The notes beneath the pieces are model-generated. The model saw nothing but the letters and a program-made list of their open reading frames with translations, searched no databases and was not told the DNA's origin. Positions 1 to 8,512 of a DNA stretch of 64,000 nt are shown here, piece by piece. Made by a program: the position numbers and the translations under genes. Source of the DNA: Candidatus Nanoarchaeia archaeon (GTDB lineage Archaea > Nanobdellota > Nanobdellia > Pacearchaeales > GW2011-AR1). The stretch is taken from contig JAQTST010000001.1 in NCBI GenBank assembly GCA_028711165.1, forward strand, positions 78,708 through 142,707. Reading direction: 5' to 3'. Each line of letters begins with the position of its first letter. The stretch's first letter is position 1.

Positions 1-1401
1 CAATAGAGAAACTAATACAGTTAAGTATGCACCCAAGATTATTGCAAAAGCTCTTTTTATTTTTTGCTTGATATTCATAGATTCTTTTTGCTGAGTCTCG
101 TCGAGGATTACAATCTGGTCGTCAATTCCTGTTCCTATTGCAGCCAAAATTCCTGCGATTCCGGGCAAGTCCAAATCCTGCCCCATAATTGAAGCTACTC
201 CAAGAGTAATTACTATTTCAGATGTACAGATTAAGAAAGAGGGCAGTACTAATTTTATTCTTCTATATTTTATAAAAATTACAACACCGACGAGAAGAAG
301 AGAGGCAATTCCGGCATAGAAAATATATTTAGAGAAATTTTCTCCGAGAGTCGGGGAGATAGTATCTAATTTCACTATTTCTAATTTGAATGGAAGACTT
401 CCTGTGATTAAAATTGTCTGAAGTTTATTCATCTGTTCCAAGGCATCATCATAAGCATCAGAATTTGTCTCTCCTGTTCCAGGGCCAGAAATTGCAATCT
501 GAGTTGTGACTCTTCCTTTCAAACCTTCACTGATTAACAAACTATCAACGAGTTTGTCGTCGAGATATAAATCTAATTTTTCAGAAAGATAATTTCCCTG
601 AGATGTTGAATTTACTGGAATATCTTTTGTGATATCTGCATGTCTTTGTGCTGCTTCTTCACTAAGGTAAACTACAAATCTGAATTCACAGAAAAATCCG
701 CCCTGAGCATTTTCTGAGCAAGAATAAATTCCAGATTCCTGTCCTGATCTTGCCACGGAAGTTATGTCTCTTTCTCCCCCAATGAATACAATCTCGTCGC
801 CAATTTTTGCTTCAAATTTTCCCTGCTGTGAGATTAAATCTTCCAAATCTTTTGGCGTTGCTCCTGCAATTTCAATAAGCATAAAATTATTTCCTGCGAG
901 GTCAGAAACAGGACGGATAGTCATATCAGAAATTCCATAAACGTTCAGACGATTACTGACGACGCTGACTAAATCATTAACTTCTGCAGAAGTCAAATCG
1001 TGATTTTCTGCTTTTACCAAGGCTCGTGCTCCCCCGCTTAAATCCAAACCAGTTTTCAAGTTTGTTGATGAAATATCTGAAACAGTAATTTCTGGAATAA
1101 TATTTGAATAAAGAGTATATTCTGTATTTGAAGCAGTTATGATTGTTTTTATTTTTTCGTTAGAGGGAAATTTTTCCTGAATTATTCTTGAGTAATCTTC
1201 AACACTTTTAATCTCCTGATTATCTACTGCGGTGATTACCTGCCCCTGCCTTAATCCCTGCTCAAATGCAGAAGAATTCTGTTCAACATTTGTTATTAAA
1301 ATTCCTTTCTGTAAAAAATTGGGGGTTATAAAAATTGAAACAAGCGCCAGCACGAGGACAATCAGCCACAGCCAGATTTTCCATGTAAATTTAATTTTCA
1401 T
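1..1401 (-). CDS. secD: Protein-export membrane protein SecD (C-terminus runs off the left edge)
   Basis: Absent from the ORF track because no stop lies in the window. Hand translation from the ATG (complement of 1401..1399) gives MKIKFTWKIWLWLIVLVLALVSIFITPNFLQKGILITNVEQNSSAFEQGLRQGQVITAVDNQEIK... The frame is still open at position 1 (..IKQKIKRAFAIILGAYLTVLVSLL). The start overlaps the secF stop. Confidence 0.7.
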   Translation of the reverse strand, partial: MKIKFTWKIWLWLIVLVLALVSIFITPNFLQKGILITNVEQNSSAFEQGLRQGQVITAVDNQEIKSVEDYSRIIQEKFPSNEKIKTIITASNTEYTLYSNIIPEITVSDISSTNLKTGLDLSGGARALVKAENHDLTSAEVNDLVSVVSNRLNVYGISDMTIRPVSDLAGNNFMLIEIAGATPKDLEDLISQQGKFEAKIGDEIVFIGGERDITSVARSGQESGIYSCSENAQGGFFCEFRFVVYLSEEAAQRHADITKDIPVNSTSQGNYLSEKLDLYLDDKLVDSLLISEGLKGRVTTQIAISGPGTGETNSDAYDDALEQMNKLQTILITGSLPFKLEIVKLDTISPTLGENFSKYIFYAGIASLLLVGVVIFIKYRRIKLVLPSFLICTSEIVITLGVASIMGQDLDLPGIAGILAAIGTGIDDQIVILDETQQKESMNIKQKIKRAFAIILGAYLTVLVSLL

Positions 1402-2293
1402 TTTTTTTCTGTTTGCGTAAAACATACCATTTAATTATCGAGACATTAGTGAGCCATGTGTTAAAAACATCGAACCCTAATCCGATTGTCATTATTAAAA
1501 AAATCTGATTTAATACAGAAGAGAATGATCCAACTACGAAGAGAGATATTAAAGCAGAACAGAAAGCAATTATTGTCATTGTTATTCCTGTTTTAAAAGA
1601 GCTCCAGATTTTCTTGTTGACTGTTCCTTCTCTTCTCAATACTTTGTTAGTAAGTAAAATATCAGTATCGACGGAATAACCAATTAGCATAAGGAATGCG
1701 ACGATTCCTGCAGTAGAGATTGGAATTCCAAAAATATTTACTACAATCAATGTGAAGAAAATATCTGCAAATGCCGAGACAATTACAGCGAGAGAAGGAA
1801 TCAAAACTTTGAATTGGACAAAGACGACAAGCGCCATGAGAACAAATGCGATTAATATAGCAATTAAAAGCTGATTGTAAAAATTCTCGCTGAGGCTTGA
1901 ACCTGTAAATTCAAAACTGCTGTTTTCTTCATTAAGTTCGTAGCCCAAAAAATCTTCGAGGACATTTCTTGTCTGTTCTCCGCCACTTTTGGTTTCGACA
2001 ATAACCGCAATTTGCTCCCGAGTTATTAAGTCAGAAATTTCACGAACATTTACACTTTCTAATTTGTCAGAGATTGCATTTTTTAATTCGTCGGAATTTA
2101 TCTTATCATTGATAGTTACAGAAGTTCCTCCTGTAAGAGAAATATCCTTGTGGATAAAGTCATTATTTTGGGAGTAGAAGATTCCCATGTAAACAAAACC
2201 GAATATGAATAATGCTAATGGAATTAACAATAATTTTTTGTAATTCTTATCGTGAAATTCTACTAATTTTTTTTTGAATTTTTCTGTGTTCAT
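1391..2293 (-). CDS. secF: Protein-export membrane protein SecF
   Basis: Track ORF 1391..2407 trimmed to the internal ATG (MNTEKFKKKLVEFHDKNYKK..) because the first 38 codons overlap tRNA-Gly. It has an N-terminal TM, an extracytoplasmic loop and a C-terminal multi-TM bundle (..LIGYSVDTDILLTNKVLRR..) typical of SecF. Confidence 0.8.
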   Translation of the reverse strand: MNTEKFKKKLVEFHDKNYKKLLLIPLALFIFGFVYMGIFYSQNNDFIHKDISLTGGTSVTINDKINSDELKNAISDKLESVNVREISDLITREQIAVIVETKSGGEQTRNVLEDFLGYELNEENSSFEFTGSSLSENFYNQLLIAILIAFVLMALVVFVQFKVLIPSLAVIVSAFADIFFTLIVVNIFGIPISTAGIVAFLMLIGYSVDTDILLTNKVLRREGTVNKKIWSSFKTGITMTIIAFCSALISLFVVGSFSSVLNQIFLIMTIGLGFDVFNTWLTNVSIIKWYVLRKQKKNEN

Positions 2294-2302
2294 CTTGTTA
2301 TA

Positions 2303-2443
2303 TGCGCCGGTCGGGATTCGAACCCGAGTCATCTGCTTTCTTCTCGTCATCTGCTTGGAGAAAAAACTTTGCAGTTTTTTCCGCAACGGTTTTCTCCAAA
2401 AACACATTGGAAGGCAGAGATTCTGCCACTGAACTACCAGCGC
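2303..2443 (-). tRNA. tRNA-Gly(UCC) with a ~70-nt intron at the canonical 37/38 position (intron ~2337..2406)
   Basis: Hand fold of the reverse complement: acceptor GCGCUGG/CCGGCGC, D arm GUUC..GAAU, anticodon stem UCUGC/GCAGA, loop CUUCCAA, T arm UCGGG-UUCGAAU-CCCGA. The intron contains a 10-bp hairpin UUGGAGAAAA/UUUUCUCCAA. Confidence 0.8.
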
Positions 2444-2492
2444 CTAATTTTACTACCTAAAAGATAGTTTTAAAGTTTATGTTAGTGACTTA

Positions 2493-2568
2493 CGCGCCCG
2501 ATAGGATTTGAACCTACGACCCTCTCCTTAGGACGGAGATGCTCTAATCCAGGCTGAGCTACGGGCGC
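2493..2568 (-). tRNA. tRNA-Arg(CCU)
   Basis: Reverse complement GCGCCCGUAGCUCAGCCUGGAUUAGAGCAUCUCCGUCCUAAGGAGAGGGUCGUAGGUUCAAAUCCUAUCGGGCGCG folds as a cloverleaf. Anticodon stem UCUCC/GGAGA, loop GUCCUAA. Confidence 0.85.
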
Positions 2569-2613
2569 ACTCTCAAGCGTACATTTTTAAATTAGAATCT
2601 GGATTTAAAAAAT

Positions 2614-2886
2614 ATGCTGGTTAAGATATTAGGAGCAGTGGATTTTATCGGAGGAGTTATTTTAATGTTTATCTCGGGGTTTACTCTCCCCAGCCAGATT
2701 TTAATTTTTTTAGGAATAATATTTTTGATAAAATCAAGTTTGGGATTTTGGAAAAATTTTGCAAGCTGGATGGATTTATTCTCGGGAGTGATTTTTATTT
2801 TATTGATATTTTTCCCAATACCCTGGTTTATCTGCATAATTCCTGCAATATTATTAATTCAAAAAGGAATTTTTAGTTTTCTATAA
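2614..2886 (+). CDS. Small hydrophobic membrane protein (hypothetical)
   Basis: 90-aa ORF with three predicted hydrophobic helices. The antisense ORF 2592..2837 is less plausible. Confidence 0.45.
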   Translation: MLVKILGAVDFIGGVILMFISGFTLPSQILIFLGIIFLIKSSLGFWKNFASWMDLFSGVIFILLIFFPIPWFICIIPAILLIQKGIFSFL

Positions 2887-2933
2887 ATGCGGAATAAATC
2901 AAATTAGGAAAATTTTCATTATTCCTTATTTCA

Positions 2934-3017
2934 TGCGGAATAAAGGATTTGAACCTTTGCAGGCACTAAGCCACGAGAGCCTTAATCTCGCCCATTTGAC
3001 CACTCTGGCAATTCCGC
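2934..3017 (-). tRNA. tRNA-Leu, class II (long variable arm); anticodon loop UUAAGGC reads as AAG by canonical numbering
   Basis: Reverse complement GCGGAAUUGCCAGAGUGGUCAAAUGGGCGAGAUUAAGGCUCUCGUGGCUUAGUGCCUGCAAAGGUUCAAAUCCUUUAUUCCGCA. It aligns position-for-position with tRNA-Leu(CAA) at 11589..11672. Confidence 0.75.
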
Positions 3018-3080
3018 ATATAAATTCTATTTTTTCAGCATATAAAAAGTTTTATAAACGAGTAATATTAGGTATTTTTG

Positions 3081-3193
3081 AAGACGGCCATAATAGGTTG
3101 GAAACACCTGTTCCCTTTCCGAACACAGAAGTTAAGCTTCCTATGTTTATGACTTTAGTGCCCCACAAGGTGCGAAATCATAAAGCTGTCTTT
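3081..3193 (+). rRNA. rrf: 5S rRNA (stand-alone, no 16S/23S nearby)
   Basis: Contains the hallmark CCGAACACAGAAGUUAAGC (loop B/helix III region). The terminal helix pairs GACGGC with GCUGUC. Length is ~113 nt. Confidence 0.85.
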
Positions 3194-3271
3194 CATATTT
3201 TTTTAGAAAGAGAAGAAAAATCTTTGATTCGATTTCATATTGTTTTTATAGTTATAATTCTAAGAAAGTAT

Positions 3272-3538
3272 ATGAAAAATGTTTCTAAAACCGAGGCTGA
3301 AAAAGAAATCAAAAATTTTTTTGAAAAAATAAAACATAAATCTCCGAGGGAAATTAAGAAAATAAAGAAGCTGGCAATGAGCCGTAATATTCCACTTAAA
3401 GAAGGACGGAAATTATTCTGCAAATATTGTTTTGTCCCCCATTCGGGGAAAGAAAAAATCAGGATAAAAAATAAGATTAAAAGTATAACATGTGATAATT
3501 GTAAAAAAATATCGAGATGGAAAATTAAGCTTTCTTGA
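3272..3538 (+). CDS. rnp4: RNase P protein component 4 (Rpp21/RNP4 family)
   Basis: C-terminal 88 aa of track ORF 2933..3538. The N-terminal part of that ORF overlaps tRNA-Leu and 5S rRNA and is discarded. A basic helical N-terminus is followed by a zinc ribbon, CKYC..(24)..CDNC, the Rpp21 pattern. Confidence 0.6.
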   Translation: MKNVSKTEAEKEIKNFFEKIKHKSPREIKKIKKLAMSRNIPLKEGRKLFCKYCFVPHSGKEKIRIKNKIKSITCDNCKKISRWKIKLS

Positions 3539-3722
3539 ATTTTCCTACTAATTCTACTAAATCAGTTTGCCCGAGGAACATTGCTCTGCAACATGCCCTT
3601 TCCAAGCCAAGCTCGTCCATAACTTTTTTCGGATTTTCTCCGCTGGAGATTCTTTTTTTGAAATCTTCCCAAAGGTGGCCGATTGGCTTTCCGCATGAAA
3701 AACATCTCACTGGAATTATCAT
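3525..3722 (-). CDS. rpoN: DNA-directed RNA polymerase subunit N (Rpb10 homolog)
   Basis: MIIPVRCFSCGKPIGHLWEDFKKR..LERACCRAMFLGQTDL is the conserved RpoN/Rpb10 sequence. Confidence 0.95.
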   Translation of the reverse strand: MIIPVRCFSCGKPIGHLWEDFKKRISSGENPKKVMDELGLERACCRAMFLGQTDLVELVGKFKKA

Positions 3723-3797
3723 AATATTATCCCTTATTCTCGGTTTATAAAACTTTTGAAAGAGAAGATTTAAAAATTGAGATTGGAAGAGAAATAT

Positions 3798-4517
3798 ATG
3801 GAAACAGATAATGTAATTGAATTAAAGAACGTTGCGAAATATTATGAAATGGGTGAAGAGACAGTCAAAGCTCTCGATGAAATTAACATTGAAATAAAGA
3901 GGGGAGATTTTGTTGCAATAATGGGCCCTTCAGGAAGCGGGAAATCTACAGGTATGAATTTGATTGGAAGTCTTGATTTGGCGACCAAAGGAAATATTTA
4001 TCTCGACGGACACGACATTGAATATTTGGAAGAATCAGAACTTGCTCAGATAAGAGGGAAGAAAATTGGTTTTATATTTCAGCAATTTAATCTTATTCCT
4101 AACTTAACTGCGAAGGAAAATGTCATGCTTCCGATGCTGTTTCAGGAGAAGGATGAGACAGACAGAGAGATAAGAGCCGAGGAACTTTTGAAACTTGTTG
4201 AACTCGAAAGCAGGATGAATCATTATCCGAATCAACTTTCAGGTGGACAGCAACAGAGAGTAGCAATTGCAAGAGCCTTGGCAAATGATCCCGAAGTAAT
4301 CCTAGCAGACGAACCGACAGGAAATTTAGACACGCACACAGGGGAGATGGTAATGGCTTTTCTAAACAAGCTTAACGACGAGGGGAAAACTATAATTATT
4401 GTTACACATAATCCTGAACTTGCAAAAGAACATGCAAAAACAATCTATTCTGTCAGAGACGGGAAAATTGAAAGTGTCGAGAAAAAAGTTAAAGGGAAAT
4501 GGACTAAGCACAGATAG
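3798..4517 (+). CDS. ABC transporter ATP-binding protein (MacB/LolD-FtsE type)
   Basis: Walker A GPSGSGKST, signature LSGGQQQRVAIARAL, Walker B ILADEPT. The first ATG was taken instead of the track's alternative start at 3777. Confidence 0.9.
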   Translation: METDNVIELKNVAKYYEMGEETVKALDEINIEIKRGDFVAIMGPSGSGKSTGMNLIGSLDLATKGNIYLDGHDIEYLEESELAQIRGKKIGFIFQQFNLIPNLTAKENVMLPMLFQEKDETDREIRAEELLKLVELESRMNHYPNQLSGGQQQRVAIARALANDPEVILADEPTGNLDTHTGEMVMAFLNKLNDEGKTIIIVTHNPELAKEHAKTIYSVRDGKIESVEKKVKGKWTKHR

Positions 4518-4579
4518 TGTAATAACTTCAAAAAGGTTACAATATAAAGATTTATAAATAAAAAATTTTATGGAAGAAT

Positions 4580-5446
4580 ATGAATAAAAGAATAAAAATT
4601 GCATTCAGCATAATAGTTTTGATATTGCTAACTCTAAGCACATTAAGTATAGCATCTGCTATGACTGTTAAATCTGTTGAAGCAACTAACTTTCAGCCAG
4701 GAAGCCAGCAGGAAATAACAATTGAAGTAAAGAATACTCTCGATGATGACACAGAAGATGTTTCTTTGACATTGGACTTGTCTAAACTTCCTTTCACAAT
4801 TATTGATTCAGACAGCGACGATATTGAAATTTCAAGTGATGATACTGAGGGTTTTGATTTCACAATAAAAGCTTCGAGCGAAGCAAAAGCAGGAGATTAT
4901 CAGATTCCTTACACATTAAGCTACAAGAATAATGAAACTACTGCAGTTGAAACTAAGACAGGAACTTTCAGTTTGACTATTGAAGCAAATCCTGAACTTG
5001 TTTATACAGTCAGCACAGAGAAGGCTATTGTTGGAAGCCAGGGAAAAATAACATTAAAGATTGTAAACAAGGGACTTGGAGATGCGAAATTCGTCGACGT
5101 TAAAATAGTTCCTGAAGGTTACACTCTTTTATCAGAGGCAGAAAATTATGTTGGAACAGTAAGTTCTGATGATTCTCAGACTGCAAGTTTTGATGTTATA
5201 TTCAAGGATAAAAATCCTACGTTAACTGCACAGGTTGAGTACAAAGATTTCAATAATGAAAAAACAACCAAGACAGTTACTCTTCCGCTTACAGTTTATT
5301 CTACAGAAGAAGCATTAGCTTTGGGAATTATAAAACCAGATAACACACCTGTCTATATGGGTATTGGAATAGTTATATTTGCTGGGTGGATGATTGTTAG
5401 GAAAATAAGAAAAAAGAAAAGAATTAACAAAGCCCAAGGGAAGTGA
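4580..5446 (+). CDS. Secreted, C-terminally anchored beta-rich protein (COG1361/CARDB-like partner of the ABC system)
   Basis: N-terminal signal peptide, repeated beta-strand-like segments and a C-terminal TM followed by a basic tail (RKIRKKKR). It is encoded between the ATPase and the FtsX permeases and overlaps the next gene. Confidence 0.45.
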   Translation: MNKRIKIAFSIIVLILLTLSTLSIASAMTVKSVEATNFQPGSQQEITIEVKNTLDDDTEDVSLTLDLSKLPFTIIDSDSDDIEISSDDTEGFDFTIKASSEAKAGDYQIPYTLSYKNNETTAVETKTGTFSLTIEANPELVYTVSTEKAIVGSQGKITLKIVNKGLGDAKFVDVKIVPEGYTLLSEAENYVGTVSSDDSQTASFDVIFKDKNPTLTAQVEYKDFNNEKTTKTVTLPLTVYSTEEALALGIIKPDNTPVYMGIGIVIFAGWMIVRKIRKKKRINKAQGK

Positions 5447-6663
5447 TTCCTGTGAAAAAAGATTATTTTGTTCTCGCACTGGGAAATCTTAAACACAGAG
5501 GAGTAAGATCCTGGCTGACTATTCTCGGAGTTTTTATTGGAATTGCTGCTGTTGTTGCACTTATAACTTTAGGAAATGGATTAAGAGAAGTAATTACAGA
5601 TCAATTCTCGACGTTATCTACTGACAAACTTACAATATTAAATGCAGAAACAGGTATGGGGCCTCCTGGAAGCACAGCGATAACAAAACTGAACGAACAC
5701 GACGTTGAAATAATAGGCGGAGTAAATGGCGTCGATGAAACCATTCCGCGATGGATAAGAATAGCTGAAATGGAATTTAACAAGAATGTAAATTTTGGTT
5801 ATTTAGCAAACATTCCTAATGATGCAAAACAATCAGAAATTATTCAGGAAAATCTTGAAGTTGAATTTGGAAGATGGTTAAAACTAGAAGACAGAGGGAA
5901 AATTATTCTTGGAGCGCATATGGCAAAGGAAGAGGTTTTTGGCAAGGAAGTAAAAGCAGGAGATAAAATTTTGATTAAAGGAAAAAGTTTTGAAGTTATT
6001 GGAATTCTAAAAGCAGCGAGTTCTTTTCAGGTTAATGCAGTTGTGTTGATGAATGAAAAAGATATGAAAGAATTGCTGGATATTAATGACGAATATGATA
6101 TGATTGTTGTTCAGGTTTCTGATTCAGAAGATACAGAAATTATTGCAGAGAGAATAAAAAATGCGTTAAGAAAAGATAGAAATGAAGATGTTGGAGAAGA
6201 AGATTTTTCTGTTCAGACACCATTACAGGCAATTTCTGGAGTCAATACTATCTTAGATATAATTAATTTAATCGTCGCTGGAATCGCTGCAATCTCTTTA
6301 ATTATTGGAGGAATGGGAATTGCTAACACGATGTATACTTCTGTCTTAGAGAGAACCAAGGAAATTGGAATTATGAAATCAATTGGAGCAAAAAATAAAG
6401 AAGTACTTTACATTTTTATTATTGAATCAGGACTGTTAGGATTAATTGGAGGAATTATCGGGGCAGTTCTGGGAATTGGGCTTGCATTTGGAATTTCAGC
6501 TGTTGCAAATTTGGCTTTTGGTTCTGAGATTTTAAAAGTTACATTGGAATATCCTTTAATTTTTGGCTCTATTGCTTTTGCGTTTATTATTGGATTACTT
6601 TCAGGATTAATGCCGTCATTTCAGGCAAGTAAATTAAAACCCGTCGATGCACTAAGGAAATAA
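5443..6663 (+). CDS. ABC transporter permease, FtsX/MacB family
   Basis: N-terminal TM, a large extracytoplasmic domain and a C-terminal FtsX 3-TM module (..GGMGIANTMYTSVLERTKEIGIMKSIGA..). Confidence 0.85.
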   Translation: MIPVKKDYFVLALGNLKHRGVRSWLTILGVFIGIAAVVALITLGNGLREVITDQFSTLSTDKLTILNAETGMGPPGSTAITKLNEHDVEIIGGVNGVDETIPRWIRIAEMEFNKNVNFGYLANIPNDAKQSEIIQENLEVEFGRWLKLEDRGKIILGAHMAKEEVFGKEVKAGDKILIKGKSFEVIGILKAASSFQVNAVVLMNEKDMKELLDINDEYDMIVVQVSDSEDTEIIAERIKNALRKDRNEDVGEEDFSVQTPLQAISGVNTILDIINLIVAGIAAISLIIGGMGIANTMYTSVLERTKEIGIMKSIGAKNKEVLYIFIIESGLLGLIGGIIGAVLGIGLAFGISAVANLAFGSEILKVTLEYPLIFGSIAFAFIIGLLSGLMPSFQASKLKPVDALRK

Positions 6664-6664
6664 A

Positions 6665-7870
6665 ATGTTAAAAGATTATTCAAAACTGGCGCTGAAAAAT
6701 TTGAGAAAAAGAAAACTTAGAAGCTGGCTGACAATAACAGGAATTGTAATTTCAATTTCGGTAATATTTGTTTTGATAAGTTTGTCTCTTGGGCTGAAAG
6801 GAGCGATTGACGAGCAGTTCAAAATTCTTGGAACAGATAAATTATTCATAATGCCCAAAGGAAATTTTGGTGCGGGAGTGAGTGCAGCTCAACTTACTAC
6901 TTTTGACGTCGATGAAATAGAAAAAGTTGAAGGAGTTAAAGAAATATCTTATGCAACAATTGGAAGCGGAGAAATTGAATTCAATAAACAAAAAAAATAT
7001 TTTATAGTAATAGGAATTCCATTGGACAGGATGGAATTATTCACAACCAGCGCGAATTTAGAAATGGATGATGGAAGTGAATTACGAGAAGGAGAAAAAG
7101 GAAAAGTAATGCTGGGATATGATTACAAATATAATTTTGTTTTTGACAAGCCGATAATTTCAGGAAATAAAATAATAATCAATGGAAAGGAATTCAGAGT
7201 CAGCGGTATAGTTGGGGCGATTGGAAACCCTTCTGATGATAAAAATATTTATATGTCAATGGAAGATTTCAAAGAATTGTTCAATTCTGGCAACAGAGTT
7301 GATCAGATAATTGTTCAGGTTGACGACGAAAAAGAAGTGAAAGAAACAAGTGAGAGAATTGAAAAAAGATTAATGAAGTTTAGAGATGTCGACGAGAAAA
7401 CAAAAGATTTTGATATTGCAACTCCAGAAGAACTGTTAGCAAGTTTTGATATTATTTTGAATATAATTACTGCATTTCTCGTCGGTATTGCTTCAATATC
7501 TCTTTTTGTCGGTGGAGTGGGAATTGCAAACACGATGTACACTTCTGTTTTAGAGAGGACAAAAGAAATTGGAACAATGAAAGCTGTCGGTGCAAAGAAC
7601 AGAGATATACTTTTTATTTTCTTATTTGAATCGGGTTTGTTAGGATTAATTGGAGGAGTAATCGGAGTTGCACTCGGGTTTATGATATCAAAGACAGTGG
7701 AATTTATCGCAGTGAATCAGCTGCATACAACTTTATTAAAAGCAGCGTCTCCTGCATATTTAGTTGTAGGAAGTTTAGTCTTTGCATTTTTGATTGGAGC
7801 ATTATCTGGGGGAATTCCTGCACTGAAAGCGTCGAAATTGAAACCTGTTGATGCTCTTCGATACGAATAA
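6665..7870 (+). CDS. ABC transporter permease, FtsX/MacB family (paralog)
   Basis: Same architecture and motif as the previous gene (..GGVGIANTMYTSVLERTKEIGTMKAVGA..). Confidence 0.85.
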   Translation: MLKDYSKLALKNLRKRKLRSWLTITGIVISISVIFVLISLSLGLKGAIDEQFKILGTDKLFIMPKGNFGAGVSAAQLTTFDVDEIEKVEGVKEISYATIGSGEIEFNKQKKYFIVIGIPLDRMELFTTSANLEMDDGSELREGEKGKVMLGYDYKYNFVFDKPIISGNKIIINGKEFRVSGIVGAIGNPSDDKNIYMSMEDFKELFNSGNRVDQIIVQVDDEKEVKETSERIEKRLMKFRDVDEKTKDFDIATPEELLASFDIILNIITAFLVGIASISLFVGGVGIANTMYTSVLERTKEIGTMKAVGAKNRDILFIFLFESGLLGLIGGVIGVALGFMISKTVEFIAVNQLHTTLLKAASPAYLVVGSLVFAFLIGALSGGIPALKASKLKPVDALRYE

Positions 7871-7938
7871 CTAGATGAAAATTTATACAAATCTTTAAAA
7901 ACTAAATTAATTTTTTTTAGTGATTAAGGAAAAAGAAG

Positions 7939-7997
7939 ATGACAGAAAATAGAAAATTTTCAGCACAAATACAAAACCTTGGGGGTTTTGCATAATG
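7939..7997 (+). promoter_or_regulatory. Mini-ORF/hairpin coupling cassette, copy 1 (MTENRKFSAQIQNLGGFA*, stop TAA overlaps the next ATG)
   Basis: ATGACAGAA...TTTTCAGCACAAATACAAAAC-CTTGGGG-GTTTTGCATAATG. Stem CAAAAC/GTTTTG. One of four near-identical modules in the window. Confidence 0.6.
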
Positions 7998-8171
7998 GGG
8001 CAAAAATGTGTTTATTGCAATGCGGAAATTTTTGATGACAGAGCGATGCAAATCTGTGATAAATGCGGAGTCGGTGTGTGGGGGCCGAAACAATGGGCTC
8101 ATATAAAGAAAACAACAGATGATGCTCAAGAAAGAGGAGATTTGGCTTTATACAAAGACCAAGTCGTATAA
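7995..8171 (+). CDS. Small zinc-ribbon protein (58 aa, below the ORF-track cutoff)
   Basis: Hand translation MGQKCVYCNAEIFDDRAMQICDKCGVGVWGPKQWAHIKKTTDDAQERGDLALYKDQVV* has two CxxC pairs. The ATG is the TAATG of cassette copy 1. The antisense track ORF 7917..8129 is rejected. Confidence 0.5.
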   Translation: MGQKCVYCNAEIFDDRAMQICDKCGVGVWGPKQWAHIKKTTDDAQERGDLALYKDQVV

Positions 8172-8236
8172 TTCCGACGCTAAATTCTTTTGTGTAAAAA
8201 GATAGTTTTTTAAATGAAAAATTTCTGAGTAGTTTA

Positions 8237-8512
8237 ATGACAAATAAAAAATCAGTAAGAACTCGCGGGAAATTGCAGCTTAGCAGATACTTCCAGGAAC
8301 TGAAGGAAGGGGATTTTGTTGCAATCTCAAGAGAACAAGCTGTTCAATCAAGCTTCCCAGAGAGATTTCAGGGACTAACAGGAATTGTCGAGGGCAAGCG
8401 GGGGAAATCTTACATCGTAAAAATCAGAGACCATAATGAATATAAGAGCATATTAATCGAGCCAATACATTTAAAAAAAATAAAACGATTAAAAAAACAT
8501 GATAATAAGTAG
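8237..8512 (+). CDS. rpl21e: 50S ribosomal protein L21e (eL21)
   Basis: ..RTRGKLQLSRYFQELKEGDFVAI..FQGLTGIVEGKRGKSYIVKI.. matches the L21e pattern. It is followed by rpoF, as in many archaea. Confidence 0.9.
   Translation: MTNKKSVRTRGKLQLSRYFQELKEGDFVAISREQAVQSSFPERFQGLTGIVEGKRGKSYIVKIRDHNEYKSILIEPIHLKKIKRLKKHDNK

Noticed and set aside
2294-2407. N-terminal extension of the SecF ORF (MCFWRKPLRKK..)
   Set aside because: It overlaps the intron-containing tRNA-Gly on the same strand. The internal ATG at 2293 gives a normal SecF N-terminus.
2933-3271. N-terminal two-thirds of track ORF 2933..3538 (201 aa)
   Set aside because: This part is read straight through the reverse complement of tRNA-Leu and through the 5S rRNA gene. 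Only the C-terminal 88 aa (Rpp21-like, ATG at 3272) were kept.
7939-7997. Interpreting the four-copy cassette as a C/D-box sRNA or as a leaderless-mRNA promoter
   Set aside because: The 5' ATGAC[AT]GA only loosely resembles a C box, and there is no CUGA D box near the 3' end. The TATA-like AAATACAAAA sits at -25 to -16 from the ATG, too close for the usual ~-26/-27 TATA-to-TSS spacing.
7917-8129. Minus-strand 70-aa ORF
   Set aside because: It is antisense to a better-supported zinc-ribbon ORF and to cassette copy 1, and it has no motif.
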